A stretch of 64,000 bases of DNA from Kondoa subrosea (Eukaryota), in NCBI GenBank assembly GCA_039545335.1, contig BCIN01000008.1, positions 383,528 through 447,527 on the forward strand, read 5' to 3'. Below the pieces are notes generated by a model, which made no database searches, had not been told where the DNA came from, and saw only the letters and a program-made list of their open reading frames with translations. This document shows, in pieces, positions 1 to 11,370 of this stretch. Position 1 is the stretch's first letter. Every line of letters begins with the position of its first letter. Both the position numbers and the translations under genes were made by a program.

Positions 1-458
1 GCAAACCGAGATCAACGTTGACGTGAGTTATGTAGCGTGCTGAAAGTCGTCGCTAAGGCTGCGAGGCAGTGATGAAGTTGGGCAAACTCTGATCCAGCTC
101 CAAGACCAGCTTGAAGAATCAGAACTTTGGGATAACAAGGACGTCCGCGAAGCTGTGCTATCGCTAGCTATTCCAAAGCCACTGTTGAAAGAGCTCGGTC
201 TACCGAGTGAGTTCTCTCAGTATTGATGCAACTGTTATTCATGTTCTCCTTAGAACTGCTCGAGCGCCTACCGCCAGTCTACGCTCGATCACTCTTCGCA
301 TCGTACATTTCATCGCACTTTATCTACAAGTACAGCATTCGTGCTTCACCTGTTGACTTCTATGCATGTGAGTTTGCTGTCACTCTGTGTTCGACTCTTT
401 ATTGAGTAAAATACCAGACATGGCGCAACTACAGAAGTCAGCTGCAAAGATTCAATAG
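1..458 (+). CDS. GDH2: NAD-specific glutamate dehydrogenase, 3' end (partial, spliced)
   Basis: Spliced C-terminus LEESELWDNKDVREAVLSLAIPKPLLKELGLP/KLLERLPPVYARSLFASYISSHFIYKY...AAKIQ* resembles the fungal Gdh2 C-terminus. TAG at 456-458. Confidence 0.8.
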
Positions 459-796
459 CAAGATTCAAGAGAGCCTCAGTAGGTTGCGTTGCACCTGTGA
501 GCGGAGAGGGGATTGTTTAGGCTGCTTCGACACCTGCAAAAGAGAGTTAAGGGAAGGTTGCTAAGCACCTAAAGCATATGGACAATTGCATGGCTCAGGG
601 AAGCCGAACCATACAGCATGTCGAGAGATATGCGTGTGACAACATATGTCGAAGTGACAGTCCGAACCTCATTTGAGACCTACGCGTGACATCTTCAACT
701 GCCCGAATGAGTCCACAAGACTTACACAAAGACAAGAAATCAACACTAATTGATGATCAACTCGAAACATCGATAACATTGTCTATACGCGCCCGG

Positions 797-3272
797 ATGC
801 TGTCGGTAAAGCGTCAACGGCTCTTTGCAAACACTGTGAATGTACTTCTGAGCAATGCGCGACTCTTCTCCTGCTCTTCTCGCCTGGGCAAATCTCGCGT
901 TGCGATTTTGGGATCTGGTGCGAAAGAGCTTCCTTCTGGCCTAGCAGTAGCTGATTGAAATATTCAGGATGGGCTGGATAGTAGATCTCTTTCATTCATT
1001 GTCGAGCTATCCTGGAGCTCATGCGGCCTTTCAGCAAAGTATTATCTAAAAGTTTGTTCCAGTTTGAGTCTTGCGGACACTGTTTTTGATCTGTAGTATA
1101 GTTAATAAGAGCCATTATGATGTGGTCATGATTTCTCCTTCGCCAAACTTTGTATTCAGTAAGTCTGTAATGCTTACCTAATCACGTAGCCTGAGTCGCC
1201 TTCGCTCAAGCTCCGCTGTATGCTCTTTCTCGAGCTGCTGAATTCGGCTGACCTTCGATAGTCTGGCTTCAACTGCTACCGGAACCCTCGAGTACAGATG
1301 CTCTCTGTGTGTCCTCTCAATTTGGCGCGTCCTGGTAGCTTCTGACATTTACCACTTACAAGAGAGCCGGTGGTATGGTCTTCTCTTCGAATTGGCAGCG
1401 ACAAGTCTCTGAGCGATCTGTCAGCGCCGCTATGCCAGAACCAGCAAATACTTTCAAGCTTGGGTCAGTGACGAGACTCTTCAATAGCTTTGTTCGCTCG
1501 CATCAATGTTTGACTTATCATATAGGCAGATGACATTGATTTTGCGCGAGGCACCATCAAATGCACTACCGTAACCTTGAAAGAACGGGCTAGCGGGAAA
1601 GCTCCTGAAAAGCGATCCGAATTCGAAGTCCCTTTCGACAAGCTCGTCATCGCTGTCGGAGCTTACAGTCAGACTTTTGGAGTTGAAGGAGTTAAGGAGC
1701 ACGCGTTCTTTCTTAAAAGCATTGAAGATGCGAGAGCGATAAGAGAACGAATCTTTACGCTACTAGAGCAAGCTTCTCAGCCGGTCAGTTCTTTCCGAGC
1801 ATTTGTTCGACTGGATGTAGCTCATCCGTAATTTTAGACAGTCTCTGAAGGTGACTTGTTACTTCTCTAGGCTGTCCTGAAGCTGAATCTTTCTAGTGGA
1901 CCGAGCCAAATTGTTACACTGGACTATCGTAGGAGGTGGTCCGACAGGAGTATGTTGGCCCCTCATGTGCAAAGTACGCCGCTGATGTGTGATAAAGATA
2001 GAACTGGCTGCAGAACTACATGATCTTTCGGTCTCCGATGTCAGTAATATCATCAATCACATCCGTTGAGCTGTTTCTGATGACTTCATTGACAGGTCAG
2101 GCGAGAATATCCCGCAATTGCTCATCTAATCAAGATTACGGTGTAAGCATCTTTTCACGAGTGCATTATCATTCGAAATGATGCTACTTTGATAGCTTCG
2201 AGACAGCCGATAGAGTACTTGGATCGTTTGACAAGTCTCTCGCAGCATATGCTGAATCGTAAGCTCATCCTTGCTTAACAGGACATTGAACGCTGATATG
2301 CTCGCACAGGAAATTTGCTCGCGAAGGCATTTCCATCAAGTCAAATCATGCTGTTCTTCGCGTGACTGCTGTAAGCTGACGAAGTCAGGTTATCAAAACT
2401 TCGCTGAGTTATCGTCTAGGACGGTATCGAAACCAAGCAAGAAGGTTATATTCCTTCGGGCATGAGTGCGTTCATTCAAAGATTTGTACCAGGATACTGA
2501 CTGACAATTTCAGCTGTTTGGTCAACTGGACTAGCACCGAATCCAACCATCGAGAATTTGAAGGGCGTGCGCCATGACGAAAAGACCAAATCTGTCTTGA
2601 CTGGTGAGCAAAGATTGGCATGACTGCAGCGATTCATGCTGATAGCGATGTTAGATGATCATTGTCGAGTGCTCAAAGAGGATGGCTCGCCATATCCAAA
2701 TGTCCTGGCAATCGGCGACGCGGCTGTTATCGAAGGAGGACCATTTTTACCAGCGACAGCTCAAGTAGCAAATCAAAAAGCAGATTATGTAGTCAAAATG
2801 CTCAATCGCTCGGTGCGAGACAAGGAAACGACAGAGAGCTTCACTTTTCGAAATAGAGGCACGATGGCGTATATTGGCGAATGGAATGCTTTGTTAGATA
2901 CTCCTGGTGATGGTCCAAAAGTGACAGGACGAGCTGCATGGATTGCATGGCGCGGTAAGCGATGCTCTGAACTCGAAGCAATCGGAGTGTGATCTGATCT
3001 TTCCGTATATTCGTAGGCGCTTACTTTATACAAACGTGAGCGAAAGAAACTATTATGAGCTGTCCGTGTAATCTTATGCTTGATAGGCTGAGCATTCGGA
3101 ACAAGAGTTAGTCCCGTGCGAACATGATTTCTCCGTTCGAATAGCTAATCGCGTATGCCAGTCCTGATCCCGTCTTTTTGGTTGGTGTCGTCAATCGTTC
3201 TGGGCCACAAACTTATGTCTCACCAACAGGTTCCTCAATTGGATTTTTGGACGATCTTTATCAAAATTTTGA
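797..3272 (+). CDS. Mitochondrial type-II (alternative) NADH dehydrogenase, Nde/Ndi family, about 21 introns
   Basis: Arg/Ser-rich presequence. Motifs RVAILGSGWAG, FTPLLASTATGTLE, FDKLVIAVGA, IVGGGPTGIELAAEL, AIGDAA...PATAQVANQ, MAYIG. Stop TGA at 3270-3272. Confidence 0.92.
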
Positions 3273-3585
3273 TTCCCTCTCGCACGTTTCTGATACATTA
3301 GACGTGTTTATAGCTTGCATTTGCACCTCACCTTTCCCCTTTCAGCCTTGCATCATCGTTCCCTTCGCTATTTTGGTATTGGAAAAAAGACTGACGCCTC
3401 GGAAAGGAACACATAACATATGCGTACCTCGACCAGCCGTCCAGTTACTTGTTTTCTTGTTGCTGCGGCCTGAACTGGAAGCATGCACAAAAGTCTGCTC
3501 TAACTCTCTTTACGTCTTTCCTCATTCAATTCTCAAGTCTGTTCTTCAAGCCAACGCTACACCACGTTCCTTTCTCTAAATCACA

Positions 3586-4674
3586 ATGAAGACAACGCTC
3601 GCTCTCCTGTTCGCTCTTGCTCGCCTTTCTGCTGGTCAGAATCTCGCCTCGAACACTTCAAAGATAATCACTCAAGACGTTTCCGATCTTGAGGAACGCG
3701 ATTGGTTCCCTATCTCTACTGGACTCATGTGGGAACGATCTCATTCAGCTGAAGAAGGTCAAGCACTCCTCAAACGCGCTTCTTCAGCCAGGCGAGCTGG
3801 TCAACCTGTTACTCGCGATTTATCTAGTACTCCAATCAAGCTTCCAGTAGACAAGCAAGGCAAAATCATTATGCCCTCGGATGATCTGGACCCTACTTCC
3901 TTCTCTGATCTCAGCGAAACTCGGGTCATTCGAGCTCTTCGTACTTCTCTTACTCGACGATCAAAATCTAGGAAACAAAAGAAGTTGGTCAAGAGCAAGA
4001 AGTCCAACAAGTCCAAGTCGAACAAGAAGAGTAGATCACCTCTTCATTTGGATGATGTTACCGATAGTGTCTCAAGGACTTTCACTTCAATCATTACTTG
4101 GTGTAAGTTGTTTCCTCTCTGATATTGTTCCCGGTCTAACCATTGTCTACAGACACCGGGCATGATCTGTTGGCTCGTATGCTTGCTTTCTTCTAGCTCT
4201 TACGACTTTCTCATCACAGCTTCTTTAGCTTCTTGCGTACAGAGCTCAAACTGGGCGCCAACAGACAAGTCTATGATAGCCGCAGTCACAATCAAGTGGG
4301 ATGGCAAACCAGCTTGCGGATCTTGGTTGCGATTGAGAGCCAAAGGTGGAAGCAAGGCAATTGTTGTCAGAATCGTTGATTCATGTGCTGGTGAGTTCTT
4401 CTTTTGTCCGTTACGACTATACCAATGCTTCTTCTTCTTTTTCTCATAGGCTGCAAAGCTGGTTCTGCTCATGTCGATCTTACCAAAGCCGCTTTCCAAT
4501 CTCTTTTTGATCTGGATGTCGGGTAAGTTTTGATTGTCTTCTTCTTCTTACCAAATATCAGCTTATTCTTGGACTAGTCTCGTCAACGATATCCAAGCTC
4601 AAGTACTGTCCGAATCACCTGTATCTTCATGGACTGATGAAGTGATTGCAATCTATGGCCCCAAAGTGCTATAA
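3586..4674 (+). CDS. Secreted RlpA-like double-psi beta-barrel (expansin/loosenin-like) protein
   Basis: Signal peptide MKTTLALLFALARLSAG, Lys/Ser-rich linker, then TWYTG...MIAAV...ACGSWL...VVRIVDSCAGC...HVDLTKAAFQSLFDLDVGL. Confidence 0.8.
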
Positions 4675-5438
4675 GAACGCGTTCTGCATGGGCTTCATTG
4701 TACAACCTGCTGGACAGGTTTTCTATACTAGTAAAATGATTATAATGAGGGTCTTATATGCGTAATGTTCTTGTTGTTTCTGCTTTGACCTTTGCAGTTG
4801 TACATGATGCAAGCGCTGGCCATGGCTTATCAGAGCCTGCGTTAGCGATTCGCTATCGAGGAAACACATCTCATCCGCGCTTCACCACCTTCGGTTCCGT
4901 CTGTCTGTAATGTGCTCTGTCTTCACTACTTGCTATGTATATTCGCTCTCTGACCCGAACACTTCCTTCATCTTGGCCAAAACTGCTGCATAAAGTATCT
5001 CTTTAATCCAACCGCTCTCGATCATTCGTAACTCACAACCTCTAAACCTCTTGCGTGCTTGATATGTGCATTCATCCCGTGCTTGGCAATGCTGTGGGAA
5101 CGATGTCCTATCCAAGGGTCCGACGGGCTGAATCTGGAAACTTTTATGAATAAATACTTGCTGGGCTGGGCTGGCAGCTCGCGCGCTGACAGCCCTTGGC
5201 TACGACTCAAAGTCGGCGACGTTGAGGCTGCCGGGACTGCGAAATGACCGCCGCCGCCGACCCGACGCCGATGACAGTTCTCCATGGGTAACCTTAAACC
5301 TATGTAAACAAGTTGCGTTAAAACAACAGTAAGCAAGTCTCCTGAGGATATACAGCACGCCGCTCTTATCTCTTCTTCTCCGTCCATCATTATCCACATT
5401 CGTTTCTACCTCACTCATTTCAAGCTCTAATTAACAGC

Positions 5439-6380
5439 ATGTACTTCACCAGCTTACTATCGTCTGTCTGCCTCGTTGCTGTCGTCACAGCTCACTACTC
5501 TCCTGTTACATACAACAACGATCAAGCACTCGAGCGACGCGAACATCACCCTCTCACCAATGTATGTTGTCCCTGCCTCTTGAGCGTGTTATCTTTAATG
5601 ACCTCGTAACAGGCCGAAGCGTTCAGCCGAGGCTTACCTCCTCTTCCTCCGACTCGAAGACGCTCCGCTGTCAGGAGACAGGCTTCGCCATCGCCGGGTG
5701 TCACTGTGAATTTTGATGACCTTTCGGGCAATTTTGAACGTCAGTTGCGATGGGTATTGCTCTACAGGAAGTTTCGCTGCTAATGCTGCAACTAGCTATA
5801 CCATCGGGCTATAAGGGTCTCAACTTTGCCGGGGGCTGTCGTTCTTATGTCGGCGGTAGTTACGAACAAGCGTACTCAGTTCCCAATTACCTCATTACCA
5901 ATTCAAACACCGGTTTCAACGCGATTGTGAGTGCCTTCCCCAACTTGAGTGGTTTTAGAGCTGATCCCCTTGGTCTATAGATCACTGCTGCTAATGGTGG
6001 CACACTCACTCTAAAATCCGTTGCCTGTTCAGCAAACAACGCTGACGGTAGCTCAAACTCGGTCGTTGGCAAGGATGCAGCTGGAACAGTATGTGATCTT
6101 CAGCTAATGTCTACACATCCACCCAGACTGATAACCCTTCGCGCTTACAGGTCGTCTACACCAGAGCGCTCGAATGTCCTGTCTATCCTCTACCCGCAGC
6201 ATTGATCACCTTGGCGGGTCTGCCTGCAGTATCTGAAATGTACGCGTGTTTTCCTCTATGTAATGCTTGGTGTCTACAGACACTCATGCAATTTACGACA
6301 GTTCTTTCGTCTCAACTAATACTGCTGGGAACACTGAAGTTGGCTACGACGATATCACCGTGGTCATCAATGGCCCTTAA
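5439..6380 (+). CDS. Small secreted protein with a TNAxxxxRGLPPLPP propeptide motif and a beta-rich C-terminal domain
   Basis: Signal MYFTSLLSSVCLVAVVTA. Five GT-AG introns give a continuous frame ending VGYDDITVVINGP*. Confidence 0.7.
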
Positions 6381-6651
6381 GAAAACACTTGACGCGACGT
6401 GATTGCCTTATATAGGTTCTTGCCTGGGACATTTTGGATATTTTCTTGGGATAAGTACAAGTCACTCATTACTAGATATTCGCTTCTTTTCGGTGCTTTT
6501 GTATTATAAGGGTCATAAGGGGAAAGGAAGTATTGCGTACATGCATTACATAATCCGACATATTGAAGAATCTCCCCTGCAACCAGTCTCTCTTGAGCAT
6601 GTCCTGAAAGCATTTGATACCGTGACTGCTATACCCTTAAGACAGCTAGTG

Positions 6652-8340
6652 ATGGCACAGACTACGCGACGTCTGAATTGGAACTCTGTTTGGCAAGAAT
6701 TCGCAAATGCTACTTTGGAAGACGGAGATTGTGCTTTGCCCCTGTCTGCTGCTGTCTAGAGCCCTACTTGACTGTTTATTTCAATAGTCGATGATGCTAT
6801 CATTAACCTTAGTGGTCTCGAGTCTGAATTGCTGCTGCCTTCTCCGTTAGCTATTCTTTCGTGTTACATCTGGTATTTGCCTCAAACTTGCTGTTGCAGA
6901 GATCACGTTCGCAGTTTGATTGCTATGGCTTTGGATCCACTCTCATGTACAAGCGACAAGAAATCCTTCATCAATAGACCAGATATCAACCCAGACGATC
7001 CCTTTACGCTTTCAGCCAAAATGCTACAACAGCGAGCCCTAAGTCTCTTACGAGCTTGGTTGAGTGATGATCCCGAAGGCGTTCTGAGAGCTCTACCTGG
7101 TTACACTGAAGCAACAGCAAATGAATTGAATGGATCAAACGATTCTCATGTTGCCTCACCAGCTTCGAAACGTACCGCCTCCATTACCAAACTGATCAAA
7201 CCAAGAACAAGTACAGTATCTAAGAAATCGGATGATCCAGATGAAGTAGGAGACGATGCTGCTGTGCACACAGCTGGCAGAAAGATAGGTCGAAGTGATG
7301 ATATTTGGGCAGTAATTCGAGGTGATGCACTCAGGAGGGCATCTCAGACTGAAGAGGTGGAAGAAGAAGAGAGGATGTCACCGGATGCCTGGGCAGTCTT
7401 GGATATGATAGTCGACGGATGGGAGCATGACAGTCAAAAATTACCTGTCGGGTGTGAGTTGTTTAGACAATGACGAGTGATCTGCTTTGATTCTTTGTGC
7501 AGCTCAATGGTCTCCTCATCTACTCAGACAATTTGCGAAGCCATCAAGCGGACCTAGAAAGGATATCGGACACTGCCTTTCACTGATTCTGGCTCCTTTT
7601 CTTCCTTCAGCCCTGAAAAATGCCCTCGAACATGATTTTGACCTTGATCCTATGCGGGAAACGGCATCACGGCTGTTCGGATTGGTGAGTCTTTTCCCTT
7701 GTTTGACAGAGATCTGGGCTAAGTGGACTTCAGCTTTTGGATCTTGTCCAAGCTGAACGGCTAGATACAGATCGCTTCACTCGAGACTTTGTTCTTCGCC
7801 TGAGCGAGTTATCTTCGGACTCATTGAACATCTTCATGGCCGTACGTCTCACTGCACCTCAATAAATATCCAATCTTAGCTATTGCACAGTGTATACCGG
7901 CAGGAAGAGAAGTCCTTCGCGCTAAGCTGTGGATGTACTATATAGACAGCTACTGCCAAGCCTTACCGAACTTGAATGGCTCAACTTCCTCGCAAAAAAG
8001 GAATTCCGCCATGTCGCCTCGCAAATTAGCAAGAGAAAACAGTATCTCAAGTCAATCTACCCTTTCTCAATCATCATCTAACCCAAATGGGCTTCCATCT
8101 ACTTCGGCTATCCTAAACCAGTATTTATCTCGATTACCTATCGAATACGTTAGGCAAGACGCTTCGATTGAACAGAAACGGGAGGCGATGGCTAAATTGG
8201 ATGCGATCAAGGATGGATTAGTGGCAGTCATGTCGTCTAGCGAAGGCTGGGCGGAAGCTTTGGCTGAGGGGAAAGTGCAAGCGGCTTTGGATGTAGCTAG
8301 GCGAACGCAGCTCGAGAAGGAGGATGTGGAAATGGGCTAG
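6652..8340 (+). CDS. Hypothetical protein (multi-exon, start uncertain)
   Basis: Long coding-like exons at about 6900-7453, 7503-7684 and 7890-8340 flanked by GT/AG signals. No family recognised. Confidence 0.55.
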
Positions 8341-9846
8341 CATACATGGCTGAAAGTAGTACAGAAAGAGAAATCTAGTAGATACGAAAATGACCTCGAC
8401 TGCGAATCTCTTGTCAACTGTTGAGCTGTCTATGGATGGTCTGGATGCCAGTTATTGTAATTATGCCGTCGAGCGGGTTTCGGCATCAACTAGAACGAGT
8501 CAGCATTATCTCCTGAGTGACTGAATGACATACCCTGCAAGAACGAGCAAATTGCTGAGCGACAGCCCTGCCTTGCTCACTATCGTCTTTGTACAAGAAA
8601 GAAAACTCTGAGCCTGGCGGAACCTGGCTGGCATGATCCCAGCTCAGCCGATGTCTCTCGAAGATGGACTTGAGGTGGTCCAGTGCAGCGTCGGTGCGAC
8701 GTGCGTCGATTGTGCGGACCGTCATTTCGGACCTTGTTCTAGACCATTCTGTGTCTTCCTGGTGTAGAACATCCCTTGCTGCCTCCCGATTTAGGTTGTC
8801 TGGTGCAAGTGGTCCCTTATTCTTGGAGTGCGACTTTCGTTGGCTCAACCAGTAACCAACGACCTGAATATATGATCAGACCGAAAAATTCAATTTTAAT
8901 CTTTCTACTGACCCGGATATCATCTTTATCTTTCTCGACCGCAGAATCATCGTGGACCCGACCGTTATCCTGAGATAAGTACTATGAGCAGACTGATTGT
9001 AGCTATGCAGCTCGAAGAGACGTACATTATGAGCTTCATGGAGAGCTTTGGCTCTGCTTCCCAGTCTGTTGTCCACGTATCTTGACGGCAAAAAGCGATT
9101 CAACCGATTTTTACGATTGATACTCCTCCTGCAGCGAATTCTGTCAAGATTGACTGAATGCGATATGATTGACGTACATTTCATCGGCAGTGAGTACCAT
9201 GTTGTTGTCAAGATAATCAGCCGGTAAAGAAGAGCTGAAGAGGACCAAGAGGAAGAAGAGAGGTTGGAATATGTAAATGACTGGACTAGAAGAATGCTTC
9301 TGAATACAAAGGGTCATCATCCAAGTCATGTATGACAGGGAAGTGATAACACCTCAGGAGCAGGAAGAAAGAACAGGATGCACAAGAGAGATAAAATCAA
9401 ACCGAGGAGCAAAGAATCCCTTCTTCACAAATTTGATGCGTCTAGAGCTTTTGCAAGGCTGACTTTATCGAACAAAACATAACGACAGCACTGGAATTTA
9501 CAGACTGATGTAGACAGCCTTACCAGGCCCGCACAAACTGCTCGTATCACGCGAAATGGCAGAAGAAGAACGTCTTGGGCAGTGCTCGGTCTTGATCAGG
9601 AGGTTCGCTTGCACGAATAGCTCGCATTGAGCTCTTGCTCTTACATCTCAACGAGCCACATCTCAGCAACAGGTCAACCCGCCAATAAATCTCGCTTGTC
9701 TCGAACTTCCATTCTATAAGAATAATTGACAGTGTGAGCTTCTAGCTGACCAGTGACGCTGTCGAGATCTCATTGTCGGGCTCCAATTCACTCTCTCCTC
9801 CTTACTTTCCACTTTCGGTCTCGTTCCTTGCATTTTTGGTTTCAGT

Positions 9847-11060
9847 ATGGCTGCAAAATGTTACGTAGGCAATCTCAGGTATGTAGTACAGATTGGTAGG
9901 GCGCGTTGTGGCCCATCTCTGCGCTGTTTAGCTGGAACACCACCAAGGATGATCTCGGACAAGTAAATGCTCAATTTCACGCTCAGACTTGTTTAGCAAT
10001 GCTTATTCTTTTGCTCGTCTACTGGCGTTCTCGCAATTCGGAACCGTGATTGATTGCAGTATGGTTGATTTTGTGCATTGCGGTTCGAGATTTGATTCGT
10101 TTTGTTCAAAGTTGTCATGCAAGAGGTATCGATTTTGCTGTGGGATTCGATCTGGTTTGATACTTGCTTGTGTGTTTTGTAGCAAGAAACCGGTCGTTCT
10201 CGTGGATTTGGTTTCGTCACTGTTCGGCTTTGTTTTACGTGTTTTGGTGTTTGCTCTGATTTCAAGTCTCCGGATTCCCAGTTCAGTGATCAAAGCGAAG
10301 CCGATCGAGCTATTCAAGGCATGAACGATCAGCAGCTTGTTAGTTCTCGCGTGCTGTGTTTTTTGAATATTTTTTATGACGCGCTTGTTTGACCTTTAGG
10401 GTAAATTTCCTCTTGCTTCTCGCATGGCTTGTTTAACAACTAGCTCCTCAGATGGACGTAGACTTCGCGTCAACGTCGCCAACCAGCGTGGAGGCGGTGG
10501 AGGAGGATCTTGTTCGTCTCTCTACCTCTTTGAGCATTTTTGATCTCATCCTCTCTTGCATTCTTTAGTCGGAGGAGGATGTACGTTGCTCTTCACACTC
10601 GCGCGCTATCTCTCTAATGTATAGATTACCCAGATGGCCAGAGCTGTACGCCTGAAAACGAGCTAATTCTTGTTAGCTAACATTTGTGATCAGATGGTTC
10701 TGGGTACGGTCAGCAACAAGCCTATGGAGGTGCTGGACAAGGCTTTGAGCAATACGGAGGCAACGCTGGAGGTAAGTCTATTACTTGGCTCTATTCCGTC
10801 AGACATCTGATTTAGGTGTTCTCTGGTAGGCCAATACGGCCAGCCTCAATACGGTGCTCCTCAAGGATACCCCGGCTACAACCAGCAAGCTCAAGGATAT
10901 CCTCAGCAAGGATACCAGCAGAACTATGGTCAACAGCCGGCAGCGAGCTACAATCCTCAACAAGGTGGTTACTCCGGCCAGAACTAGTAAGATTCTTATC
11001 ATTTGTCACCGTCAATCGACCTCTGACATCCTACTCAGTGGTGGTGCTGCTCCCTACTGA
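9847..11060 (+). CDS. Glycine-rich RNA-binding protein (one RRM plus a G/Y/Q low-complexity tail), 12 coding introns
   Basis: Spliced product MAAKCYVGNLSWNTTKDDLGQAFSQFGTVIDCIVMQEQETGRSRGFGFVTFSDQSEADRAIQGMNDQQLDGRRLRVNVANQRGGGGG... has RNP2 (YVGNL) and RNP1 (RGFGFVTF). It requires a 1-nt exon and a TG acceptor. Confidence 0.9.
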
Positions 11061-11370
11061 TCTCGGCATGTCTGTCGCGCCTGATCTTGTATACTCGCTT
11101 TCTTCTTCGTTCTCAAGGTTGATTTCGGAACTGTTCTTGGGTGTACAATAAGGGCCAGAAGAATCTTGTACGCATGCTTATGGATTTGATCTTAGCCTTG
11201 TCACATCAGAATCACATTCTTACGCGCTTCGTCATCGCAATGTTTTTCAGCTTGCACCGCAACCACTGAAACGCATTGCTTTCGTCCAGAGATTACTTGA
11301 ACACCTGTGCACTGCCTATATTCAATCATCAGCTCTAGTATTACCCTGGTCTGATTGTGCGCGAGCCACG

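Noticed and set aside
8486..9329. Minus-strand ORF chain
   Set aside because: It may be a small spliced gene, but no consistent model or homology could be built.
9989..10324. Three overlapping ORFs of 90-111 aa
   Set aside because: They are read-through of introns and exons of the RRM gene, or its antisense.
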